A stretch of 64,000 nucleotides of DNA, taken from Phormidesmis sp. (lineage in GTDB: Bacteria > Cyanobacteriota > Cyanobacteriia > Leptolyngbyales > Leptolyngbyaceae). Below, piece by piece: positions 41,942 to 50,981 of this stretch (within the stretch, counting starts at the first letter, position 1; each line of letters begins with the position of its first letter). The notes under the pieces are model-generated. The model was not told where the DNA came from and ran no database searches. It saw only the letters and a list, made by a program, of their open reading frames with translations. Location: assembly GCA_965248535.1 (NCBI GenBank), contig CBDFJR010000002.1:1088001-1152000 (forward strand), written 5' to 3'. The position numbers were made by a program, and so were the translations under genes.

Positions 41942-42841
41942 ATGAATCCTATTCAGCGCGTCGCGATCGTAGGTGGCACCCACGGCAATGAGTTCACCGG
42001 AGCTTATTTAATCAAAAAGTTTGAGCAATATCCAGAGCGGGTGCAGCGATCGAGTTTTTCCACTCAAACATTACTTGCCAATCCTCAAGCGTTTGCAGAC
42101 ACTCGTCGCTATATTGATCGAGACCTAAATCGATCGTTTCTCTCTCAAGATTTGCAAAACCCAAATCTTTCTGGCTATGAAGCGCAGAGAGCCAAAGCCA
42201 TTGCTCAACAGTTAGGGATCAAGGGCAGCGCTCAAGTCGATGTCGTGCTCGATCTCCACTCGACAACTGCCAACATGGGGCTGTCTCTCTTGATGGCAAA
42301 CCGAAGCGCTGCCAGCTTGCAGCTAGCCAGCTATGTGAGTGAAGCCAATTCGCTGGTCAAGGTGTGTTTAACGCAGCCCGACTCAGCCACGGGATTGCTG
42401 CGATCGCTCTCTGAGTTAGGCGTGGTGATCGAAGTCGGCCCAGTCGCGCAGGGAGTGCTGGATGCTTACTGGTTTCAGCAGACAGAGGCTTTAATTCACA
42501 CGATTTTAGATTATTTGCACGACTGCAATCAGGGCACGGTGGCGATCGCTGATCGTCCCCTAACTTTTTATGAACCCATTGGCTCGATCGACTATCCCCG
42601 CAATAAGGCTGGCGAGATTCAGGCGATGATTCACCCTGAGTTGCAGGGCAAAGACTATCAGCCGCTCAAGCCGGGTGACCCCTTGTTTTTGAAATTGGAT
42701 GGTTCCACGATCGTCTATGAGGGCGTTTCGACGGTCTATCCCATTTTCATCAACGAAGCCGCCTATTACGAGAAAGGGATTGCGTTAACGTTAACTCACA
42801 TCTTGCACCTATCTCAGGAGGATTTATTGCGATCGGTCTGA
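41942..42841 (+). CDS. Aspartoacylase (AstE/AspA family)
   Basis: [37 protein letters not shown]. Confidence 0.92.
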   Translation: MNPIQRVAIVGGTHGNEFTGAYLIKKFEQYPERVQRSSFSTQTLLANPQAFADTRRYIDRDLNRSFLSQDLQNPNLSGYEAQRAKAIAQQLGIKGSAQVDVVLDLHSTTANMGLSLLMANRSAASLQLASYVSEANSLVKVCLTQPDSATGLLRSLSELGVVIEVGPVAQGVLDAYWFQQTEALIHTILDYLHDCNQGTVAIADRPLTFYEPIGSIDYPRNKAGEIQAMIHPELQGKDYQPLKPGDPLFLKLDGSTIVYEGVSTVYPIFINEAAYYEKGIALTLTHILHLSQEDLLRSV

Positions 42842-42916
42842 CTGAGAATGCTGCAAGATTTTAGTTAGGGAGCGTTTCCTAAACGGGGATATTGACCACT
42901 CCCTAACCTCAACTTC

Positions 42917-43288
42917 CTACAGTTGAATCGTCGTTTTGTTGTGCAACTCCTCTACTTGAATCAGTGCACCATTACCCAGAACAATGTTGAACTTCATTAA
43001 AGAACGTTCAACCTGATAACCAGGCAACACTCGAACAACTTGATACTCTGTGGTCAAATCACTCGTGCCATCCCACTTCAGAAACGCTAGTTGATTAGAC
43101 GCAATCTCACTCAGTTCTGAGACAAACTCTTCAATGCTGTCGCCAACATTCACGAGAATGCCAGACGGCACAAAGAGATAACGCTCTTGTAAATCTAAAG
43201 TCACACTCACTCGATAACGTTTTTCGATTGAGCAACGCAACTCAATGGTGAACGAAATCGAGCTAGGAACGATCGTCCTAACTGCCAT
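42917..43288 (-). CDS. Hypothetical protein downstream of intI
   Basis: 123-aa ORF with GAGGA RBS; no family recognised. Confidence 0.4.
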   Translation of the reverse strand: MAVRTIVPSSISFTIELRCSIEKRYRVSVTLDLQERYLFVPSGILVNVGDSIEEFVSELSEIASNQLAFLKWDGTSDLTTEYQVVRVLPGYQVERSLMKFNIVLGNGALIQVEELHNKTTIQL

Positions 43289-43577
43289 GTTTTTTGTCCT
43301 CTCGATTAATTCAAAGAGGACAAAAACACGGATCTCTCAGACATTCGGTTGGGGTGAAATCTGTATGCAGGATCTTGATTCCAGCCTTTCAAGATCCCAT
43401 AGCAAAGCCGACGGTGTACAATCATGAACGCCTCCTGAGTTATCAGTGCTAACTAGGGATGGAAGTCCTCGGAGTCTGATCTGAGAAATCAGGCTTCGGG
43501 GCACAACTCCATCACTGCGGTGTATTGTACTAGAGTTTTTTGTTTTTTGGAATGGTGAGTTTTTGAGGGAGGAGCGA

Positions 43578-44543
43578 TCAAGCATCCAGTGGACTAATGA
43601 CACCTCGACTACCCCGATTGAGCACATGCGTATAAATCATTGTCGTTTTGACATCTTTGTGTCCTAGTAGTTCTTGCACCGTACGAATGTCGTAGCCATT
43701 TTGCAGCAAGTGAGTCGCAAAGGAATGACGGAAAGTATGACAGCCAATTCGCTTAGTTATTCTTGAAGCCCGAACTGCTTGCTTAAGAGCTTTCTGAAGC
43801 CCACTTTCATGCAGGTGAAAGCGTTGCCAGATGGTGGTATCTGGGTCTTGAACCCGACGACTAGAAGGAAAGATCCATTGCCAAATCCACTGCCGATCGG
43901 CGTTAGGATACTTACGTGCCAGAGCAAACGGTAGCCAAACCGAGCCGAATCCCTGGTCTAAATCCTGTTGATGCAGGGTCTTTGCTTGTTGGAGATGAGT
44001 TTGGAGATCGGCGATCAGGCGCTCTGGCAGCATCGTAACGCGAGCTTTCATCCCTTTAGCGTTACGCACCATAATTTGATGTTGGTCAAAATCTAAGTCT
44101 TTGATGCGTAGAGAAAGTGCTTCATTGAGACGCATTCCACTGCCATACAGCAGTTGAATTAATAGACGATAGGTGCCGTTCATTTGGGCAATCACCGATC
44201 GTACTTCCTGGGGTGTTAGAACTGTGGGCAAGTAGGTCGATCGTTTAGCCCGAACTGCTTGAATGTCAAAGTCTAGCGTTTGATTTAGCACATCACGATA
44301 GAGAAAAAGAATCGCGTTGAAGGCTTGATTCTGGGTTGAGGCAGCAACTTTGCCTTCTACTGCCAGATGTGTCAAGAATGCTTCAATTTCTGCTTGTCCC
44401 ATTTCCCGTGGATGTCGCTTGTTGTGAAAAGCAACGTATCGCTTAATCCACTGAACATAGCTTTTTTCAGTTTGATAGGAGTAATGCTTGAGTCGAATGG
44501 TGTCCCGCACCACTTCCGATAGCATCTTGGGACGTTCATTCAT
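43578..44543 (-). CDS. intI: Integron integrase (tyrosine recombinase)
   Basis: [31 protein letters not shown], integron-specific insert [50 protein letters not shown]. Confidence 0.97.
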   Translation of the reverse strand: MNERPKMLSEVVRDTIRLKHYSYQTEKSYVQWIKRYVAFHNKRHPREMGQAEIEAFLTHLAVEGKVAASTQNQAFNAILFLYRDVLNQTLDFDIQAVRAKRSTYLPTVLTPQEVRSVIAQMNGTYRLLIQLLYGSGMRLNEALSLRIKDLDFDQHQIMVRNAKGMKARVTMLPERLIADLQTHLQQAKTLHQQDLDQGFGSVWLPFALARKYPNADRQWIWQWIFPSSRRVQDPDTTIWQRFHLHESGLQKALKQAVRASRITKRIGCHTFRHSFATHLLQNGYDIRTVQELLGHKDVKTTMIYTHVLNRGSRGVISPLDA

Positions 44544-44613
44544 AAAAGTTTATAATTCTTCAACAAGATAATGAGTGTGATCTCATAGAATCAGAATATC
44601 TAATGAAAAGTGA

Positions 44614-44763
44614 GGGGAGATACACCGAAAGTTTCCGGGTATCTGCCCAAATCGGGGAGATATATAGAAAGTGTCGGGATATCTACCCAAATCAGGGAGA
44701 TATGCAGAAAGTGTCGGGGTATCTGCCTAAATCAGGGAGATATACGGAAACTTTCCGTATAAT
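44614..44763. repeat. Four 40-bp-period tandem units, each an imperfect palindrome (GGGAGATA..GAAA..TATCT)
   Basis: (G/A)GGGAGA starts at 44614, 44654, 44694 and 44734; the last, partial unit contains ATACGGAAACTTTCCGTAT. Confidence 0.85.
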
Positions 44764-44775
44764 CAATAGTTCCAC
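44734..44775 (+). other. attI: Putative attI, crossover G|TT at 44769/44770
   Basis: TATAATCAATAG|TTCCAC; GTTCCAC is complementary (one mismatch) to R'' GTAGAAC of the first attC, as expected for an integrated cassette. Confidence 0.6.
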
Positions 44776-44827
44776 GAGAACTGGATATAAATGTTACCCA
44801 TTGGGAACACTACATCCACCCAGTTCC

Positions 44828-44941
44828 GTAGAACATTTCGTTGGAACCGACACGCTACAAATAGTCGTAAGGTTAACCGCACTACCAACTAAAGTTGGTG
44901 TTGCTTGATTGATTTGGTGCGGTTCAACTCAATCGTTATGC
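44828..44941 (+). other. attC: attC site 1
   Basis: R'' GTAGAAC, L'' GTTGGAAC(CG) with extra base, L' (CG)GTTCAAC, R' GTTATGC. Confidence 0.75.
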
Positions 44942-45215
44942 CGCCAGCCCGACAAGCAATCAATTCGGTCTTTCAGAGTTGTCGTTCAACCGAACATCAA
45001 CGGTATTGAGAACGGGTTAGTGAATACGAAAGTCAACGTAATGCATATAAGCGATCGCGCCGACTTATCGGTGTTGACTTTAGCAAAGATACTTCGTTGA
45101 GAGTGGGAGGTGACAGGTCGCATAGGATTTAAATCCGTCCGCGAATGCCGAATTCTTCGTCTTTTGAGATGTGCGGTCTGGCGAAGTTGCGAAGCGATCG
45201 GTTGAGACGAGCAAC

Positions 45216-46002
45216 GCATAATCGGGTAACCAGGGGATTTTCTCCCCCAGTCCCCACGGCACCCCGCGTGCGGCTCCGCACGGGGCGCGTCCCCAGAAAA
45301 GTTTTAGACAAGCCAGTTCAATAGAACTGAATATCCAGGGCTGGTTGTGCAGTTAAGCGCCGACAAAATAGCTCCCCCGTTCGGGTTCATCGCCCAGTCG
45401 AGCTTTGCAACTCCTCCCTGCTTTCTAAGGTTCAGCCCTTCACCCTGTCTCACCCATTACGGTGAGTGTTTGGCTACTATGACCTCTGCTGACTTCTGCT
45501 CAATCATGAGTCCTGTTGCCATGACTCACGCTGCCTGAATGTCCTTAGGGTTCCGTGGCTCCCTAGCCGTTTCCCGCTAGACCTCAATCAGACTCCCGTA
45601 GACCCTCAGACCGCCCTTTGAGCAGATCTCCCCAGATAAGAACGTGAACTGTCTCTGCACAACTGCGTCATTTACTGTGTTCCCTGAACCAAAAGGCTTC
45701 ATGATGTTGTGCTCACTTGCCACAGGAATCTCAGCCTTCTATGACGTTTCTGTCCGTCAGCTCGCAGATTTGCCGCTGGCTTCCTTCAGACCCTTCCTCG
45801 CGGAAACGCCCTTACCTTAAGCTAGTCGTTGTCGTCACTCGGATCTTTTGGGATCATTTGGACGTTGGTTCTCCGACAGGGGACTTTCACCCCATTAGTT
45901 CACACCCATGCTGGGCGTACACAACCCGATTGGAGCGGACTGTTGTCAGATCTGGGTGAGGCTGCAAAAATCATTTACAGCCGCTCAATCGGAACGTTAT
46001 GC
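45216..46002 (+). other. attC: attC site 2, interrupted by a group II intron
   Basis: GCATA|ACAAC-CCGATTGGAGCGG...CCGCTCAATCGG-AAC-GTTATGC once the intron is removed. Confidence 0.9.
45221..45920 (-). mobile_element. ORF-less group IIC-attC intron, copy 1 (700 nt)
   Basis: Minus strand starts GTACGCCCAGCATGGG after exon TTGT; ends with domain V GCGCCCCGTGCGGAGCCGCACGCGGGGTGC and domain VI ...GGTTACCCGAT; no RT ORF. Confidence 0.9.
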
Positions 46003-46061
46003 CGCTCATCTCCTGGTGGGAACGCAGCCAGAAGCTAGTTTTTGGTGTTTAAGGTAAATAC

Positions 46062-46535
46062 ATGAACTTACAAAGCCTGAAGTGGACAAAGAACATAAAA
46101 CCAGCAGGACAAGAACCGTGGGCTTATCAGCCCTTTGAGGTTGGGAGTCTCTTTAAGTTGGCATGGAAAGATGATGAAGGTAACGCTAGCAAACCTCAAC
46201 GAGCAGACCTAATTTTGCTTAGACAGGGTGGTTATGTTACGCATCTTGTAGAAGTACTCGACGGAAAGACAGGGCGTGAAAAATGGCAAGGTAATTTCAA
46301 TATCTACCGAATTGTTGAAGTGCTCTGGGTAATTGATTGGACAAATCTGCCCATTTCTGCAAAAGCGGATGAGGTATTTGGATATTCGGTTAAAGGCTAT
46401 CAGGGCGGGGATGTGATGTTTTTGGAAACGATGCCCACTTTTCAGCAGCATTGGCAGAATCAGGGTGATTTAAGCGCATTTCAAGCGCATGTGCGGAGCC
46501 TGCTCAATCTGCCTGAAAGCGACGATAATGGATGA
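46062..46535 (+). CDS. Hypothetical cassette protein
   Basis: AAGGT RBS about 60 bp after R'; GDLILLRQ-like 'ADLILLRQGGYVTHLVEVLD'. Confidence 0.7.
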   Translation: MNLQSLKWTKNIKPAGQEPWAYQPFEVGSLFKLAWKDDEGNASKPQRADLILLRQGGYVTHLVEVLDGKTGREKWQGNFNIYRIVEVLWVIDWTNLPISAKADEVFGYSVKGYQGGDVMFLETMPTFQQHWQNQGDLSAFQAHVRSLLNLPESDDNG

Positions 46536-46567
46536 AGTGTAGTTTTAATCTTCTGAGTGGGGTAGCG

Positions 46568-46786
46568 ATGACTGAGTTACTAGAGTGCGCTATTGCTAGG
46601 CTGCAAGCCTTGCCCGAAAGCGAACAGAACGCGATCGCTTCAATAATCTTGGATGAGATTAAAGACGATCGCCGCTGGGATGAAGCATTTTCGCGTTCGC
46701 CAGATATTCTTGCAAAACTTGCAGCTTCCGCAATGGCTGAGTACCGCGCAGGTAAGACTGAAGAACTTGACCCAGAGACATTGTGA
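46568..46786 (+). CDS. Putative antitoxin
   Basis: MTELLECAIARLQALPESEQNAIA...WDEAF...; GTGA overlap with a RelE-like toxin. Confidence 0.7.
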   Translation: MTELLECAIARLQALPESEQNAIASIILDEIKDDRRWDEAFSRSPDILAKLAASAMAEYRAGKTEELDPETL

Positions 46787-47052
46787 AGTCACGCACTACT
46801 AAAGAGTTTCGTAAATTATTCGCCAAATTACCCAAACAGGTTCAAGAGCAAACCCGTACGGCATATCGTCAGTTTAAGGAAGACCCAAGCTACCCAGGTC
46901 TTCGTTTTAAGAAGGTGCATCCAGAGTTGCCAATTTACTCTGCTCGCATTAACAAAAGCTATCGAGCGGTAGGTCAATTGGATGAAGATACAGTGATTTG
47001 GTTTTGGGTTGGTTCACACGCAGAGTACGACAGGTTGCTAGAGCAGTTATAG
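46783..47052 (+). CDS. RelE/ParE-superfamily toxin
   Basis: TKEFRKLFAKLP, DPSYPGLRFKKV, YSARINKSYRAVG, WFWVGSHAEYD. Confidence 0.8.
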   Translation: MKSRTTKEFRKLFAKLPKQVQEQTRTAYRQFKEDPSYPGLRFKKVHPELPIYSARINKSYRAVGQLDEDTVIWFWVGSHAEYDRLLEQL

Positions 47053-47059
47053 TAGCGCG

Positions 47060-47146
47060 GCATAACAATTCAAATGCAGCGGACGGTCGAGAGTCGCTGA
47101 CGCTGAGTTCAAGGGTATCTGCCGCCGCTGATTTGAGCCGTTATGC
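47060..47146 (+). other. attC: attC site 3 (intact)
   Basis: GCATAAC-AAT-TCAAATGCAGCGG...CCGCTGATTTGA-GCC-GTTATGC. Confidence 0.92.
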
Positions 47147-47246
47147 GGCTTGCTTTGTTGGTTATGGCGGGGTTTAGAGGTGATCTGTGAGACGATTGAG
47201 CATCAGCGCGTTCAGGTTAACGAAGTGGTTGCTGAGGTTGAAATCA

Positions 47247-47519
47247 ATGCTTTATATGGTCATCGAGTATTTCAATGCAGGAGCGGCTGTTGATATTTAC
47301 CGTCGTGTCCGCGATCGGGGTCGTCAATTGCCACCCGGTCTTGAGTATGTAGACAGTTGGGTAGATTTAGACTATTTCCGGTGCTTCCAACTGATGCGAA
47401 CGGATGACCGAGACTTGTTCGAGGTTTGGATCGAAGCTTGGAGCGATCTCGGTCATTTTGAAATCATTCCAGTGAGGACTTCGGCAGAGGCTGCTCAACA
47501 TATTGCGGATAAACTCTAG
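47247..47519 (+). CDS. DUF3303 family protein
   Basis: MLYMVIEYF...YRR.RDRGRQLPPGLEYVDSWV...CFQLM...WSDL..FEIIPV. Confidence 0.8.
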   Translation: MLYMVIEYFNAGAAVDIYRRVRDRGRQLPPGLEYVDSWVDLDYFRCFQLMRTDDRDLFEVWIEAWSDLGHFEIIPVRTSAEAAQHIADKL

Positions 47520-47592
47520 AAGTATTCTCTGTCTGCGGCAGAAAGAGGTTTCGGTATAATGTTAGGTAGATATTTTTCCCTCATAGCCTTTT

Positions 47593-47817
47593 ATGAATTA
47601 TCAAGACATCATTACGATCGAGCCTGGAAAGCGCAGTGGCAAGCCATGTATTCGGGGAATGCGAATCACCGTGTACGATATCTTGGAATATCTGGCAGGT
47701 GGAATGACCGAAGCAGAAATTCTGGAAGATTTTTCTGAACTCACCTCAGAAGATATCAAAGCTTGTCTTGCTTTTGCGGCCGATCGTGAGAAGAAGTTGT
47801 TTGTGCCATCGCTGTGA
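47593..47817 (+). CDS. DUF433 antitoxin (VapB45-like)
   Basis: GKPCIRGMRITVYDIL..LAGGMTEAEILEDF.ELT.EDI.ACL.FA. Confidence 0.9.
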   Translation: MNYQDIITIEPGKRSGKPCIRGMRITVYDILEYLAGGMTEAEILEDFSELTSEDIKACLAFAADREKKLFVPSL

Positions 47818-48146
47818 AACTGCTTTTGGATGAAAATCTCTCAGACCGGATTGTTTACAAGATTATCGATTTGTATCCTAGTTCTGAGCATGTCAAAACC
47901 TTGGCACTTACGAATACTGATGATGGCATCATTTGGCAATACGCAAAAGCAAATGACTTTGTGATTGTTTCCAAAGATTCTGACTTTCATCAGCGTAGTT
48001 TGCTGTATGGTCATCCACCCAAGTTTATTTATCTTCAGGTTGGTAATTGTCCAACATCAAAAATTATTCAGATTTTGAGAGACAATTTTGACACGATTAG
48101 TCAGTTTGGAGATCGAGAATCAGAAAGTATATTAGTGTTGGCGTAG
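47814..48146 (+). CDS. DUF5615 PIN-like toxin (VapC45-like)
   Basis: MKLLLDENLS, DDGIIWQYA, IVSKDSDF, GHPPK. Confidence 0.9.
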   Translation: MKLLLDENLSDRIVYKIIDLYPSSEHVKTLALTNTDDGIIWQYAKANDFVIVSKDSDFHQRSLLYGHPPKFIYLQVGNCPTSKIIQILRDNFDTISQFGDRESESILVLA

Positions 48147-48158
48147 TGTGAAACCGCA

Positions 48159-48944
48159 GCATAATCGGGTAACCAGGGGATTTTCTCCCCCAGTCCCCAC
48201 GGCACCCCGCGTGCGGCTCCGCACGGGGCGCGTCCCCAGAAAAGTTTTAGACAAGCCAGTTCAATAGAACTGAATATCCAGGGCTGGTTGTGCAGTTAAG
48301 CGCCGACAAAATAGCTCCCCCGTTCGGGTTCATCGCCCAGTCGAGCTTTGCAACTCCTCCCTGCTTTCTAAGGTTCAGCCCTTCACCCTGTCTCACCCAT
48401 TACGGTGAGTGTTTGGCTACTATGACCTCTGCTGACTTCTGCTCAATCATGAGTCCTGTTGCCATGACTCACGCTGCCTGAATGTCCTTAGGGTTCCGTG
48501 GCTCCCTAGCCGTTTCCCGCTAGACCTCAATCAGACTCCCGTAGACCCTCAGACCGCCCTTTGAGCAGATCTCCCCAGATAAGAACGTGAACTGTCTCTG
48601 CACAACTGCGTCATTTACTGTGTTCCCTGAACCAAAAGGCTTCATGATGTTGTGCTCACTTGCCACAGGAATCTCAGCCTTCTATGACGTTTCTGTCCGT
48701 CAGCTCGCAGATTTGCCGCTGGCTTCCTTCAGACCCTTCCTCGCGGAAACGCCCTTACCTTAAGCTAGTCGTTGTCGTCACTCGGATCTTTTGGGATCAT
48801 TTGGACGTTGGTTCTCCGACAGGGGACTTTCACCCCATTAGTTCACACCCATGCTGGGCGTACACAACCCCAATGCAGCGGACGAACAGAATCTTCGCGC
48901 TTCGTTTTAATCATCTCTATCGCCGCTGATTGGGAACGTTAGCC
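48159..48944 (+). other. attC: attC site 4, interrupted by a group II intron
   Basis: GCATA|ACAAC-CCCAATGCAGCGG...CCGCTGATTGGG-AAC-GTTAGCC. Confidence 0.9.
48164..48863 (-). mobile_element. ORF-less group IIC-attC intron, copy 2 (700 nt, apparently identical to copy 1)
   Basis: Same ends, same length and same internal text as 45221-45920; same insertion point in R''. Confidence 0.9.
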
Positions 48945-48990
48945 TGCTTCGTTGAGAGTTACAGCTTTCATTTGCATACTTTTAAGCTTC

Positions 48991-49536
48991 ATGAATGATC
49001 GTCAATTAACCAAAGCCGATTTAATCGCACTTCTAAATTCATACCTACAGTTACTTCCACCTAGATATCAAAGCCTGCAAAGTCATATTAGTATCTACGT
49101 TACGCTTGTATCAGGAATCTTCGCGGTTACAGTAGCAGGTGTAAAGGACTTCAAAACTTTCCCAGTTAATATTTTTCTGCTAACTGATCCGATTCTTATC
49201 GTTATGTTGTCCCATTACGCAAAAGTGATAATTAGAAAACAGAACGCACACATCAAAGAATTAGTCGTTTTGACTGCGAAATTAGAATATCAGCTAGGAC
49301 TTTACGACAACTCTCAGGAAAGGACAGATCTGCTTGCTGATAAGCCTTGGTCAGAAGATGACAGTCTCCTCCCGCCAAAATGGGTAAACTCGCGCTTAAA
49401 AAGTGGCAAGAAATCAATAGAGTTTATCGAAGAGTTTCAGCCCAGCAGCTCCTCAACTTACTACAGCGTATTCAGCATTTTTCAGGGCATCGCGCTGATT
49501 CTTGCCGTGTTGATTATTATCTTTCCATTCATCTAA
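48991..49536 (+). CDS. Hypothetical membrane protein (cassette)
   Basis: AT-rich ORF with three hydrophobic segments starting about 45 bp after R'. Confidence 0.65.
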   Translation: MNDRQLTKADLIALLNSYLQLLPPRYQSLQSHISIYVTLVSGIFAVTVAGVKDFKTFPVNIFLLTDPILIVMLSHYAKVIIRKQNAHIKELVVLTAKLEYQLGLYDNSQERTDLLADKPWSEDDSLLPPKWVNSRLKSGKKSIEFIEEFQPSSSSTYYSVFSIFQGIALILAVLIIIFPFI

Positions 49537-49612
49537 AATGTTTGGAATGACAGGTACGGCGGGCACGGCAGGGTAAAATAGTAGAGGCGAGTCTTTTGGC
49601 GAGGAAACGGTT

Positions 49613-49819
49613 ATGAGGTTCAGCGTAACGCTTGATCGAGATGAAGATGGAGTTTGGGTTGTGGAGTGCCCTAGTATTCCGGGTTGCGTGAGTCAAGGTC
49701 AGACTAAACAAGAAGCTCTTGAAAACATCAAAGATGCGATCGCAGGTTGTCTACAGGTTCGGGCAGAGCGTGGAATGCCTCTGACTGTGGAAACCTACCA
49801 AGTTGAGGTCGTAGCCTAA
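49613..49819 (+). CDS. hicB: HicB family antitoxin
   Basis: DEDGVWVVECPSIPGCVSQGQTKQEALENIKDAI. Confidence 0.9.
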   Translation: MRFSVTLDRDEDGVWVVECPSIPGCVSQGQTKQEALENIKDAIAGCLQVRAERGMPLTVETYQVEVVA

Positions 49820-49866
49820 AGGAACCTTGCGAAGTTTAATCCGCAATGCTGAGTTATCGATTGGCT
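49818..49866 (+). pseudogene. hicA: C-terminal remnant of a HicA toxin
   Basis: KGTLRSLIRNAELS directly after the hicB stop; N-terminal part deleted. Confidence 0.6.
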
Positions 49867-49912
49867 ATCACAGAATACCTCTACCACACATTAACGCTAC
49901 GCTATCAAAGCG

Positions 49913-49998
49913 GCATGACAACCGCAATGCACCGAACCTTCAAAGTATACTGGTTTATGGCTAGGTTTATCTGAGTCCGGTGATTGCGACCATTAGGT
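49913..49998 (+). other. attC: Degenerate attC site 5
   Basis: GCATGAC (AAC>GAC)-AAC-CGCAATGCACCG...CGGTGATTGCG-ACC-ATTAGGT (GTT>ATT). Confidence 0.75.
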
Positions 49999-50024
49999 GG
50001 CAACCCAAGCGCCTTTCCCGAAAA

Positions 50025-50975
50025 CTAGATTAGACGATCGCGACTTCCACTCAAGAATGAACCTATCGGCATGATGAGCATAGCAATGCCTGCTGCCACG
50101 AATAACCTCGTTAAATTTATTTCCATTAATACCCCAGAAATCGCCTGGGAAAATGGGTCGAGCGCCACAGAAGCAAACATAACTAAACTCATCATGCGTC
50201 CTTGCATATGTGTTGCCGTTTGTTGTTGTAACCAGGTGATGCCAAGTACTCCAATGATGCCTCCACTCAACCCCATCAGCGCAATGACAACGCCCGCCAT
50301 CCAAGCTTGTTGCATAAATCCCAGGGCGATCAGTCCTGCACCTAGCAAAGCAGAAAGCAGCGCTAAAGGCATTTTCAAATCTTTAATGGCGCTGAGTCGG
50401 CTGGCAACGACCACGCCCAATAGCGCACCGATTCCGTAGGCGGATTGCAAGTAGCCAAAAGTCGTCGCACTGCCGTCAAAGCGTACCGTCACCAGTTCCG
50501 CCACACCAATCATAATCGGTTCCAAAACTGCAAAATTGATCATGGCAATCAACTGTAAGCTAATCCGAATAGCGGGTTGTTTCCAGGCATAGTATAGCCC
50601 CGCCATAATCTCCCCACTCAACGAAGCGGCACTAGATGAAGTGACAGGCGGTGCAACAGGATGCGATCGCGTCTTCACCAAGGCAATCATCCCGCTACCG
50701 ATCGCAACCAATCCAATCAATGTGGTGTTGATGGCGGCAGCGATCGCGGCGACAAAGTGGGTCGGCAAGCGATCGCTGATTGCCTCGCCGACTAACATGA
50801 ACAGCCCCCGTGGAATTACTGCGGCCATTAACACACTCCCCAGAGCAAAACCCGAACCTGTCTTTTGGAGGATGAGCCAAGTTAATGCGACAAACCAAAA
50901 CTGTGACGCGCACAGAATAAAAGTTTGCCCGAACCAAAGCCAACAAAAGCTAGGCAGTTGTAACAGTGATTTCAC
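50025..50975 (-). CDS. MFS transporter, apparently internally deleted
   Basis: LWFGQ..VALTWLILQKTGS, GEAISDRLP, MQGRMMSL; only 316 aa with an abrupt jump after TM3. Confidence 0.75.
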   Translation of the reverse strand: MKSLLQLPSFCWLWFGQTFILCASQFWFVALTWLILQKTGSGFALGSVLMAAVIPRGLFMLVGEAISDRLPTHFVAAIAAAINTTLIGLVAIGSGMIALVKTRSHPVAPPVTSSSAASLSGEIMAGLYYAWKQPAIRISLQLIAMINFAVLEPIMIGVAELVTVRFDGSATTFGYLQSAYGIGALLGVVVASRLSAIKDLKMPLALLSALLGAGLIALGFMQQAWMAGVVIALMGLSGGIIGVLGITWLQQQTATHMQGRMMSLVMFASVALDPFSQAISGVLMEINLTRLFVAAGIAMLIMPIGSFLSGSRDRLI

Positions 50976-50981
50976 AACAAT

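Noticed and set aside
42864..42907. GTTAGGGAG...CTCCCTAAC inverted repeat as an att site
   Set aside because: Cores are in the wrong order for an attC and L boxes are missing; more likely a hairpin between convergent genes
44614..44763. Possible CRISPR array
   Set aside because: Units are contiguous at 40-bp period with no unique spacers and there are no cas genes
44603..44908. 101-aa ORF upstream of intI
   Set aside because: Translation of the tandem repeats and att sites; no protein signature
44922..44941. GTTCAAC-N6-GTTATGC as the attI simple site
   Set aside because: Better explained as L'/R' of an attC, because matching R'' and L'' (with extra base) lie at 44828-44849
45221..45920. 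Repeat as an IS or MITE
   Set aside because: No terminal inverted repeats or target duplication; ends match group II intron boundaries
45347..45959. Duplicated short ORFs (63 aa and 80/89 aa) in the 700-bp repeats
   Set aside because: Antisense readings of intron ribozyme domains; no RT or transposase motifs
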